In this document: in pieces, positions 29,559 to 38,117 of the stretch
How positions within the stretch are numbered: the first letter of the stretch is position 1
Layout: each line of letters begins with the position of its first letter
Assembly (NCBI GenBank): GCA_963754925.1
Contig: CAVWHX010000006.1
Coordinates: 117,407-181,406 of the forward strand
Length of the DNA: 64,000 bases
Source of the DNA: an uncultured delta proteobacterium
GTDB taxonomy: Bacteria; Myxococcota; B64-G9
Direction of reading: 5' to 3'
The notes under the pieces: model-generated
What the model saw: only the letters and a program-made list of their open reading frames with translations
Database searches by the model: none
What the model was told of the DNA's origin: nothing
Position numbers and translations under genes: made by a program

Positions 29559-30825
29559 GGGCAAGCCCAGGTAGATTTGACACCACCTCTTTCTGCTCTC
29601 AGGAGCATGGGGAGCAAGGGATTGGCAATGTTGAAGGGAAAGCTTCCTTGGGGGGCTAGCCCCCCAAGGAAGCCGCGGCAACAAAAAAGGAGATGAGGTC
29701 AGGACCAAAATCCTCTTGAATGAAGGTTTGCGAAGACTTTCATCACAAGGAGGTACGGCCCTGACCCCATTTAGTTATTACGCCATGACCACCACGAAAG
29801 ACCATAAATATTCGCTTCGCCTTCAGTTGGTGCAGTACGCCACGACCCACGGCATACGCCCCGCTGCGCGTGCCTTTGCTACCACCCCCAACACCGTACG
29901 GCGATGGCGTGCCCGCTTTGACGCCGGCGGTCGTACCTCACTCCAGGACCGCTCCCGGAGACCCAAGACCTGCCCCCACAAGACTTCCCGGTACCAAGAA
30001 GCGAAGATCCTCAACGCACGCAAGAAGGTTCCCTGCTTCGGACCGCGCCGCCTGCGCGACCTGTTTGGAATCATGGCTTCCTCTGGCGCCATCGCTCGCA
30101 TCCTGCGCCAGCAAGGCTTATCGGGCCGCCGTCGCAAAAAGCGTCAGCGCAAAAACGACCTGCGGGCTATCAAAGCTAAATACAGATGCTTCCAACGCCT
30201 CCAGGCCGATATGAAACCCCTCTTCGATATCCCCGCCTACTGGCCGCAGATGAAGAAACTCGGCCTCCCCAAACACCAGTACACCCACCGTGATGTCAAA
30301 AGCGGTGCTCTCTTTATCTCTTACGCCGACGAGCTCTCCACCACCTACGCCACCATGACCTCCCGGCGCTTGCTGACCCACCTGAAAAAGCATCTCGTCA
30401 ACCTCCGCCGTGCTATCTTGTCCACCGACAACGGCGTCGAATATGGTGGCCATGACAAGAACGAGCGGGAACGAGGCTTCCATGCCAAAATCCAGCAGGC
30501 CGGGATCATCCACCGCTTCCTGCCCCCTGCCACCCCAAACGCCCACGCCGATGTTGAGAGTTCCCATGCATCCATTGAACAGGAGTTCTTTGATCTCGAA
30601 CCATTTACATCCAGACAGGACTTCTTCCAGAAGGTCTCTATCTACCAACACTGGTGGAACTTCGCCAGACCCAACTACTCCAAGAGCGCTAAAACACCCG
30701 CACAACTCTTGGAGGATGAAGGCCTTGACCCAAGCATCCTCTTGCTCCTACCCGTTGACCTTGAGGCCTGGTTCAGGACGACGACTTACTTTCCTCAGGT
30801 GGTGTCACATCTACCTGTTGACGCC
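29559..30825 (+). mobile_element. IS481-like insertion sequence with 17-bp flanking direct repeats
   Basis: inverted-repeat cores 29568-29588 and 30797-30817 (20/21 match); flanks gttaa(g/t)aaagacaatat at 29542-29558 and 30826-30842. Confidence 0.8.
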
Positions 30826-30867
30826 GTTAATAAAGACAATATTGAATTTACTTCATCGGTACGATAA
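29716..30867 (+). CDS. DDE (rve) transposase, IS481-like; start codon uncertain
   Basis: HTH (TVRRWRARF..GG..SL.DRSRRP), QAD.K, STDNGVEY, VESSH. Confidence 0.85.
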   Translation: MNEGLRRLSSQGGTALTPFSYYAMTTTKDHKYSLRLQLVQYATTHGIRPAARAFATTPNTVRRWRARFDAGGRTSLQDRSRRPKTCPHKTSRYQEAKILNARKKVPCFGPRRLRDLFGIMASSGAIARILRQQGLSGRRRKKRQRKNDLRAIKAKYRCFQRLQADMKPLFDIPAYWPQMKKLGLPKHQYTHRDVKSGALFISYADELSTTYATMTSRRLLTHLKKHLVNLRRAILSTDNGVEYGGHDKNERERGFHAKIQQAGIIHRFLPPATPNAHADVESSHASIEQEFFDLEPFTSRQDFFQKVSIYQHWWNFARPNYSKSAKTPAQLLEDEGLDPSILLLLPVDLEAWFRTTTYFPQVVSHLPVDAVNKDNIEFTSSVR

Positions 30868-30910
30868 ACAGGAATTGAAGATTGTTTGTTCCCAAGTAGG
30901 GAGGGATAGT

Positions 30911-31267
30911 ATGAAGGATAAACACCAGCACGAAGAAAAATCAGGCCAGATGACGCCTGCCAAAGCAGTAGCATTAAAGGATCTGGTGGCCTACCAGCCG
31001 GGGGCGATCGTGAGTCGAACGCTGGTCGATAAGGAAAGCGGTACGGTTACCCTGTTTGCGTTCGATGCGGGGCAACGGCTTTCAGAGCACACCGCGCCGT
31101 TTGATGCACTGGTTACCATTCTTGACGGAGAGGCTGGGCTGACCATCGGTAAAAAGAACATTCCTGCTCAAGCCGGCCAATCGGTGCTCATGCCGGCAAA
31201 AATCCCCCACGCGGTCAATGCCACTACTAGATTCAAAATGTTGCTCATCATGGTTCGTGAAGAGTGA
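30911..31267 (+). CDS. cupin domain protein
   Basis: TLFAFDAGQ.LSEHTAPFDA, MPA.IPHAV. Confidence 0.88.
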   Translation: MKDKHQHEEKSGQMTPAKAVALKDLVAYQPGAIVSRTLVDKESGTVTLFAFDAGQRLSEHTAPFDALVTILDGEAGLTIGKKNIPAQAGQSVLMPAKIPHAVNATTRFKMLLIMVREE

Positions 31268-31275
31268 TGTTTGTG

Positions 31276-32520
31276 TTATAAGCGCTGTTGGTTCTTCGGT
31301 GAAGTCGCCCGCTGCCACCCGAGGTAATTCGGTATATCCTGATGGTGCAGATAGCAGGTTGGATCCTCGGCCAGGGCATCCCCGGTTGCGGCAAAAGCCT
31401 TACCGCGGCAACCGCCGCATATGTTCCTGTTGTCGCATTGGCCGCAGGCGCCCTTGAGCAGATCTCGGTCGGAGAGATCCTTAAAGATCCGGCTTTGAGT
31501 CCAGATATCAAACAGCGGGCGGCTGCGGACGTTGCCGCCGCTTATGGGAATAAAGGGACACGACCAAACTTCTCCATCGGGCTTGAGATAGATGAGACCC
31601 CAACCGGCGGCGCACCCATGAAAATGGTTTGCCTTGGCCAACGGCTTTGGTTCGAGGTTATCGCGGTTGAGCAGATGCGCCCAGTACTGGGGGGCCGCGA
31701 CCGGCTCCACGATAGTGACGGCGTGTTGCTGCAGCGCTCTCAACTTTTGGACCAGCCGCTGATTGTCGGCAGGGGAGAGCGCCGATGGGGAGATCGACAT
31801 GCCCCGGCCCATCGGGACCAGCTGGTAACACAGCATGATGTCGGCGCGGATCTCGTGGCAGAAACGAACCACCTCGTCGAGGGTGGCTATGTTTTCTTGC
31901 ATCGCGGTGTAGTTGATCTGCAGGATCATACCGGCCCGCTTGCAGGCCTCGATTCCCCGTAACGCCCGCTCGAAGGCCGTGGGACTCTGACGAATGTGGT
32001 TGTGGATGGCCGGGTCGGTTGAATCAAAGCTTACGGCGATGCCCTTGACGCCGAGGCGTTTAAGCTCTCTCGCGCGGTTGAGATCGATCAGTGTGCCGTT
32101 CGTGGCGATGACATTGACGAGGCCGCGCTTTTTGCTGTGTGCCAGCAGATCCTCTATATCGGGCCGCACCATAGGCTCCCCGCCCGAATACGCCAGCATT
32201 TGAAAGCGTGGTAGCCGTGCGAGCTGATCGATGAAGGCAAAGCCTTCACGGGTGGTCAGCTCGTTGGGTCCGCCTTCGTCCGAGGTGGCGTGGCAATGCC
32301 GACAGCGCAGATTGCAGGCTTCGGTGACTTCCCACACTCCGTGGTAGCCGTAGCCGATGCAGCCCATGCCGACGGCGCCGGCCGCGACCGGAATCGATCT
32401 AAAAGCGCTGGTCGCCACCCAATTATAGAAGAGTTTCCAATCGGTGGTTCGTTTGAATAAAAGCGCCGCCCGAAATTGGCGAACGAGGTTATTAACCGAA
32501 AGATACGGAGCTACCGCCAT
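31276..32520 (-). CDS. radical SAM protein with SPASM domain (NirJ/PqqE-like)
   Basis: CNLRCRHC, SGGEP, C.AG..C, CGQC....ICGGCR...DP.C. Confidence 0.9.
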   Translation of the reverse strand: MAVAPYLSVNNLVRQFRAALLFKRTTDWKLFYNWVATSAFRSIPVAAGAVGMGCIGYGYHGVWEVTEACNLRCRHCHATSDEGGPNELTTREGFAFIDQLARLPRFQMLAYSGGEPMVRPDIEDLLAHSKKRGLVNVIATNGTLIDLNRARELKRLGVKGIAVSFDSTDPAIHNHIRQSPTAFERALRGIEACKRAGMILQINYTAMQENIATLDEVVRFCHEIRADIMLCYQLVPMGRGMSISPSALSPADNQRLVQKLRALQQHAVTIVEPVAAPQYWAHLLNRDNLEPKPLAKANHFHGCAAGWGLIYLKPDGEVWSCPFIPISGGNVRSRPLFDIWTQSRIFKDLSDRDLLKGACGQCDNRNICGGCRGKAFAATGDALAEDPTCYLHHQDIPNYLGWQRATSPKNQQRL

Positions 32521-33449
32521 ACGACTAAAATCCCGATGGTAAGTGAACAGAGATGATTTAAAATAATAGTTTGTCCGCAAATCGGTTCTAATGTTTTACG
32601 ATCGCGCCAATTCTTGAGAAACAACACCTGCGCGACCAAGGCTAGCGCCAATACCAAAGCCGGCGCCGAAATCGCCAAGTACGGCAAAGATCCCTGGCGG
32701 AAAAAGTTCCAAATTCCCACAACCGATACGGCGGTAAGAAAAGACACAATCGAGTATATAACTGCGCCGACAGGTTTTCCGACCCGGTAAAGCAAGTTGC
32801 GCTTGCCGGTATCGCGATCGGCTTCGTAATCTTGAAATTCGTTTATCAAAATAATATTGAAGACGGTAAATGCTACCGGAAGACAAAAAAGATACGAGTA
32901 CTCCGGCAGTGTACCGGATGCGCAAGCATAGCCGGTCACCACGGTAAGCCACCCGTAGCAAAAGCCAATTAACAGCTCGCCGACCCCGCGTTTTACGAGT
33001 CTCACCGGCGGCAATGAATAAAACGCCGCTGCCAAGGCGCCCAACACCCCCAATCCAAACAAAAGCAGGCTTTGATGAATAAACGAGATCGCGACTCCCA
33101 ACAACGCCGCGATAGCAAAGCTAACACCCGCGGCCCACTCAACCGCTTTAACGGATAAAGCGCCTTGAGCCACCATCAGAGTGCCGCCGGCAAACTTCGA
33201 GCGACCGTACTTGAGCGTTAAGACATCTTCTTTTTGGTCGAATACCTCACCCAGCAAATAGCATCCAACGACGATCAAAAAGACAGCCACCAGGCCAAGG
33301 ATTGCGGCGTTGATTGAAACCAGGTGTCCCTGTTTATACGCTACGTATATGCCGACCCCAAACGGAACCACCGCCACGGTGGTAAAGGGCAGCCGCATGG
33401 CCGCCATCCAGCTTTTCAGGTTGCTTTGACGCGCTACTAATTCAGTCAT
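32511..33449 (-). CDS. UbiA-family prenyltransferase, MenA-like
   Basis: multi-TM; R..F, YS.PP..L...G.GE, NEFQDYEAD..TGKRNL. Confidence 0.85.
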   Translation of the reverse strand: MTELVARQSNLKSWMAAMRLPFTTVAVVPFGVGIYVAYKQGHLVSINAAILGLVAVFLIVVGCYLLGEVFDQKEDVLTLKYGRSKFAGGTLMVAQGALSVKAVEWAAGVSFAIAALLGVAISFIHQSLLLFGLGVLGALAAAFYSLPPVRLVKRGVGELLIGFCYGWLTVVTGYACASGTLPEYSYLFCLPVAFTVFNIILINEFQDYEADRDTGKRNLLYRVGKPVGAVIYSIVSFLTAVSVVGIWNFFRQGSLPYLAISAPALVLALALVAQVLFLKNWRDRKTLEPICGQTIILNHLCSLTIGILVVWR

Positions 33450-33749
33450 GCCAGCGATGCTCCTAATTATTTGTAACGCTCACTGCTTTTTTGCAGAAAA
33501 CGCCTGAATCCAATAGCCTAGGCTGAGCGCAAAGTCAAAACAAACCATTTCATTGAGCGTGACATCATCTGTGGAACTATTAAAGGTTGAGGAATAACTG
33601 TCCGTGTTGTATCGCCGATAAAAGTACAAAGGAGAATCGGCGAGGGGAACGCCTTGCAATGGGGGATGTCCTTTAAAATGATTTTTAATATTGACAAAAA
33701 ATTAAGTATGCGCATACAATAAGCGCATAACTTTTAAAGGAGTTACAAA

Positions 33750-33989
33750 ATGAGCAGAGTAACCGTCAATATGAACGAAGAAGTCGAAAGAAACTTAAAA
33801 TCAATGGCGAAAAACAGGGGTGTATCGGTATCACGTTTTGTTGCAGAAGCAGTAGATTTCTATGTTAACGAGATTAAACGTCACAAACTCGGACAACAGG
33901 TTTTGGACATGATCGGGAAAGCCGGTGTTAGAAAAGAAACGTACGAACATTTAGATTCCGAAAGGGAAGACGATGATCACAGGGCTTGA
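33750..33989 (+). CDS. ribbon-helix-helix antitoxin
   Basis: RVTVNM..L..MA..GVSVSRFV; overlaps the PIN gene. Confidence 0.75.
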   Translation: MSRVTVNMNEEVERNLKSMAKNRGVSVSRFVAEAVDFYVNEIKRHKLGQQVLDMIGKAGVRKETYEHLDSEREDDDHRA

Positions 33990-34368
33990 TACGGGATATT
34001 TTCTCCGTCTCCTTGAGGGCCATGGTGAGTCTGTATCGGTGTGGAAAGGCATAATGGATGGTGATCGCCAAGCGGTTGTGTCTGCCTTAACCTTCTTCGA
34101 ATTAAAACGTCTTTCATTGCAGGGTCGGATAAAAAAAGAAGCGGCACAAAAATTAATCGAAGCGATCGAAGCATTATGCCGTATCGTTTGGCTGGATACT
34201 ATGGACCTTATGATTCAAGCAGCTTCACTTTCTCACGGAACAGGAATACCCACCGTAAATTCGATTATCGTTGCTTCTCTGGTTTCCTTGGGAGCAGTCG
34301 ATATCTATACGACCGATTCTCACCTTCAAGCATACAAAAATAAATCCGTCAGTATAATTATGATTTAG
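33973..34368 (+). CDS. PIN-domain (VapC) toxin
   Basis: LDTG, S.LTFFEL, IYTTDSH. Confidence 0.8.
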   Translation: MITGLDTGYFLRLLEGHGESVSVWKGIMDGDRQAVVSALTFFELKRLSLQGRIKKEAAQKLIEAIEALCRIVWLDTMDLMIQAASLSHGTGIPTVNSIIVASLVSLGAVDIYTTDSHLQAYKNKSVSIIMI

Positions 34369-34382
34369 AAAGAAACATATTG

Positions 34383-34419
34383 AGCATAGTATGTCGACAT
34401 TTTTTCGACATACTATGCT
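34383..34419. terminator. 15-bp-stem hairpin between convergent TA operons
   Basis: agcatagtatgtcga / tcgacatactatgct. Confidence 0.55.
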
Positions 34420-34525
34420 GAAAAAGCGAGTATGTACTTCATACGCGCCACCAAAGATTGGTCATCGAGAACTGAGAGGGCACCTCGATTGGGAATTGAG
34501 TCGCCCCGTTTCCCGCCCTCCGTAA

Positions 34526-34828
34526 TCAAGAGACTTCAATTTCGCGTGGTTTTTCCGGAAGCCGGGCGCCATGCCAGACCGCTACTATCCAGATTGTTTC
34601 CCTTTTGATTCGATAAAAAAAGCGATAGGGAGCTACGATTACCTCGCGAAAAGGAAGCTCGGGAAATTCCGGCAGTGTTCTGCCGGACGTAGGAAACTTT
34701 CTGAGCCTTGATAGTGTCTTTTCAGCCTTGTTACGAAAAGCAACCGCCGCAAGGGCATTATCTCGAGAGATATAAGCGACGGCGGCGAGGAACTGGGTGC
34801 GGCCCGCAGGGGTAAAGAGTATTTTCAC
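34526..34828 (-). CDS. RelE/ParE family toxin
   Basis: I.FTP.G, YI..DN..AA, FP.SGR.LPE, YR.FYR..I.IVAVWHG. Confidence 0.88.
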   Translation of the reverse strand: MKILFTPAGRTQFLAAVAYISRDNALAAVAFRNKAEKTLSRLRKFPTSGRTLPEFPELPFREVIVAPYRFFYRIKRETIWIVAVWHGARLPEKPREIEVS

Positions 34829-35106
34829 CGCTGCATCTCTTCAAGAATGGAATCGGCTTCAGCCAGCACCACATCGAGGTCATAGCCCTTGCCGGCTTCA
34901 ATTTCCTGTTCTCCGCGTGCGAGCAATCTCAGCAGTTCCAACTCATGCTGCGTGTGCTCGTAGGCTTCCACGCTTACCATAACAGCCGCCGCCCGACCCC
35001 GTTGCGTGATGAAAACGGGTTGTCGAGAACTGGTGACACGCCTCACCAGAGCGGTCGCCTCCTGGCGAAGATCGGTAATCGGAACAATACTCGGTATTTT
35101 AGTCAT
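34825..35106 (-). CDS. Phd/YefM antitoxin
   Basis: IVPITDLR, PVFITQRGRAAAVMVSVEAYE. Confidence 0.88.
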   Translation of the reverse strand: MTKIPSIVPITDLRQEATALVRRVTSSRQPVFITQRGRAAAVMVSVEAYEHTQHELELLRLLARGEQEIEAGKGYDLDVVLAEADSILEEMQR

Positions 35107-35221
35107 TGGTACTACCTCCAATAATAGTATTAAAGATACTACCAACCACAGTAAAAAGGCAAACAGTTTTTATGCATTCAGTTCTTTTTGCATTACTCGC
35201 CCTCAACCAGCCCCTATTTTT

Positions 35222-35749
35222 TGGAATTTACGTAGTTCATATAGCGGGACATGGTCTTGATGTCAGGTGTCGTGAGGATGAGATGCATGTGGTTGGAAGG
35301 CACCGTAACTATATGAAGCTGTAGATGGTATAGCGTCAGCGCTTTGCCGATAACGCCGAGAATGATTTCGTTAAGTTCCTCTGAAGGCCGCAGAAGCATT
35401 CTTCCCTGGATGCAGCGACAAGTGATCTCGAACGTAGTGCTCGCATGGGGCATGTGACGAAGCGGCCAACCCATGCGTGCGTAATGAAGCAAACCCACAG
35501 GATAAGAGACTGTAAGCTCACATCATTCGCTAACAGTCTCTAAATACCTGCCAGATTGGATTATGCGACAGACATCTTTATCCAACTACTTATATGAAAA
35601 AGCAAATTATGTTAGAAACAAACGAATATGAATGTGCTGGAAATTTGCCCTGCCAATGATTCAGGTGTCTGAAAATCGGACAGTTAGAAAAAATTTGGGT
35701 GAGGTCTTGTCTTTCTGTGACTGGTCTTTTCCCCGAAAAGGCTGGCACC
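35222..35749 (-). pseudogene. truncated copy of the RAYT-type transposase (5' part plus upstream region)
   Basis: high nucleotide similarity to about 49630-50103; retains the SNHMHL HUH motif, then breaks off. Confidence 0.85.
35494..35543. repeat. hairpin mini-element inserted in the RAYT upstream region
   Basis: present here, absent from the homologous site near 49900. Confidence 0.75.
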
Positions 35750-36873
35750 CTGAGTGATCCCCTCGTTTTTATTATATATTTAGGCATGTTGATAACTTAT
35801 TGCAATATGGATTTGTTCGAGAGCTTGTCGAAGTTGTTTTAGCTTTACATCCTTCCAATCAGGGCGATGAATCATCTGCTTTCCTAGAAAAAACAGTGAG
35901 AGGACCCGTTGATTGCGCACCGTGTTGGCCTGGAACATAAACTGCTTTTGATGCTTCTCCATGACGAGACCAATCAGAAATAATATCAGCATAGCCAGTG
36001 TAGCCACCAATAACAGTACCTCATATCTCTTTGCAAAACTCGATTTGGCATCCTCGAATGACCACCCAAAACGATGATTCTTGGTATCGCGATAACATTC
36101 TTCGATGCTCATCCGGCGCGCATACATTCCATGGATCGCTAATGCTGGTTTGTCTGACAACGAAGTGACCAAAATCCACGGTTCCATCGAACGCCGTTTT
36201 GCTCTCTGTGCTCCACGCCCTCGATCACTGCGATGTCGGGGTGCCTTGGAACGGTTAGGATTACGACGAAACTTCTTACCTAAAATAACCCGGTGTTGCA
36301 TCTGATTCTTCTTGGCCACTTCACAAACACCAAGGTCTTGCACATAATTTGAAGCCATCCGGAAACAATCCGAAAGTTTCATCCAGCTTGATTGTGTTGC
36401 TGTAAGAATTCTTGCATGGCCCACTCTGCCCACCCAGTCCCATCCCCTGTGAGCCACCATCTCAAACCAGGGATTCTGAAAACCTGCATCGGTCACCAGG
36501 ATCGGCTTACAACCTTGTGGCAACAGCTCCGACAATTGAAGCAAAAAATGTTGATGCACTTCTCGGCTGCCCCACTTCGAATCCTCGTGAACCTCCCAAT
36601 AGATAGGCAACGCCCGTCCTTCCAAGGGAACCGCAGCAGTAATCGCGCTAAATTTACCGCACTCGATCTTGGTCCAGTCAATAAGAATCAGGGGACGACT
36701 CTCTCTACCCAATAGCTCTCGTGTGATGGCCCTGAAAAAATGATGCTGTTCTCGATACAGTTTGGTGTTGCCCAACAAACGATCGATCCGTTTGATGTTG
36801 TGCTTCGGCGCTACCCAACTTCGCGCCCCTCGACCCAAACTGGATAGGTTCAGCTTTTGTGGGGATTCATGAG
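35750..36873 (-). mobile_element. IS4 family (IS10-like) element with an internal 5' deletion
   Basis: ends CTGAGTGATCCCC and CTCATGAATCCCC resemble IS10 ends; 9-bp flanks gctggcacc / gatggcacc. Confidence 0.85.
35780..36856 (-). pseudogene. IS10-like transposase lacking its N-terminus
   Basis: KHNIKRIDRLLGN, IDW, VTDAGF, Y..RM.IEE.YRD.K; frame begins just inside the terminal repeat. Confidence 0.85.
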
Positions 36874-36941
36874 GATGGCACCTCGATTGGACACCTCGAT
36901 TGGGGCCCGATCGATTCCTATCACACGCCCTGCATCTACAA

Positions 36942-37289
36942 TCATTTAGGGGCGCTCAGTAGTTGGACTAGCGCGATGGCAGCAGCTCGAAACTGCCGTT
37001 GACTGTTATCATCAAGCAACCGACCCTCGACTTCGACAGGCGGCAACTCACCTAAGGCAGCGCGCGAAGCGACTCTAAGCAAGATTTGTCGCGCAGTTTG
37101 CGCGTCGTCCGGTGCCTCCAGATGAAGATGTAACCCGTCAAGAGCAATCGCCCTTTCGAACAGCAGCCGTGCACTTGGGTTATCGCCGCACTCCTCTATC
37201 GCTTGGCGGAGGAGCCACACAAACGCCCAGCGCGCCACCTTCCAAACATCATCCGTCGTCCGTGGTGCCCGATTAACTATGACCGCCAT
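36942..37289 (-). CDS. hypothetical protein, candidate orphan immunity
   Basis: small ORF co-oriented in the array downstream of the RHS genes. Confidence 0.55.
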   Translation of the reverse strand: MAVIVNRAPRTTDDVWKVARWAFVWLLRQAIEECGDNPSARLLFERAIALDGLHLHLEAPDDAQTARQILLRVASRAALGELPPVEVEGRLLDDNSQRQFRAAAIALVQLLSAPK

Positions 37290-37316
37290 TAATAAACAAC
37301 GTCCCCAATTACTCAG

Positions 37317-37583
37317 TTACTCAGTTAAACTAACCAACTTTAGAAGAGAATGCACTGTTCGGAGGCGCTGCTCTTCAGGCAGAGTCACGCCAAGCTCGCC
37401 CTCGGCGTTCTCCAAGGCGGCGGTCACAGAAGCCTCGGACGGGGACGCCAGGAGTACATCCGCTATGTCGAGAGCGTAGTGGTCATACTCATCCGCCAGC
37501 TTCGGGTTGTCACCGACCCCACATGGATCCCAATCCGCGAGTAGCACCCTTCGCACGCCGGCAAGTATTTCGTCCCTGTCCAT
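37317..37583 (-). CDS. small helical protein (WDPxG..DEYD motif, DUF1871-like), candidate orphan immunity
   Basis: WDPCGV....ADEYDHY; GGAGGGGG RBS. Confidence 0.7.
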   Translation of the reverse strand: MDRDEILAGVRRVLLADWDPCGVGDNPKLADEYDHYALDIADVLLASPSEASVTAALENAEGELGVTLPEEQRLRTVHSLLKLVSLTE

Positions 37584-37727
37584 GCCCCCTCCCTAGGAGG
37601 CTGGCACCTCGATTGGGGCTTTTTTTCTTCAAGAACCTTTTCATACAATTGAGCCGCTCGGAAAACTTTTCTTTCTTTGTCAGCTGTTTTTGCTTCTTGA
37701 AGAGTCATCGACATGTCCCCGGAAAGT

Positions 37728-38117
37728 TCATTTCATCGCCAGATGAGCCTCCTCGAGCAACCGTCTACCAGCGTCGCGGCCAGCTCTTCGAAATGCGATG
37801 CTACTTGAGTCTATTGGATGTGGATGAACTTCCACTATTCTGAGAATGAAATCCTTTAACGGATACGGACCTGCAGTCAGCACAACATCCAATACGCCCA
37901 TTACTGCTGCACGCACGTATTCCTCATTACCTTTCGCCAGCAGTTCCGGGGAGCATTCAAGCACGAATGTTTCCGCAGGCTCCGCCTCGACAACAATCCG
38001 TCCATATTCGCAGCGGGGTCCGAGATGAGCTTCTCTCAGTCCTTCGACACGGAGTCGTTGAGGAAGCTTTGCCGATTGACGTTCAAGCAGATCTTTAAAC
38101 CACAGGTCTATGTTCAT
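37728..38117 (-). CDS. candidate immunity protein resembling elongation factor G domain IV
   Basis: EYGRIVVEAEP, EEYVRAAVMG, YPLKD..LRI, HPIDSSSIAFRRAG; ATGA overlap with the toxin stop. Confidence 0.75.
   Translation of the reverse strand: MNIDLWFKDLLERQSAKLPQRLRVEGLREAHLGPRCEYGRIVVEAEPAETFVLECSPELLAKGNEEYVRAAVMGVLDVVLTAGPYPLKDFILRIVEVHPHPIDSSSIAFRRAGRDAGRRLLEEAHLAMK

Noticed and set aside
30410..30910. long N-terminal extension of the cupin ORF
   Set aside because: Alternative frame inside the transposase; the RBS and ATG at 30911 give a normal cupin
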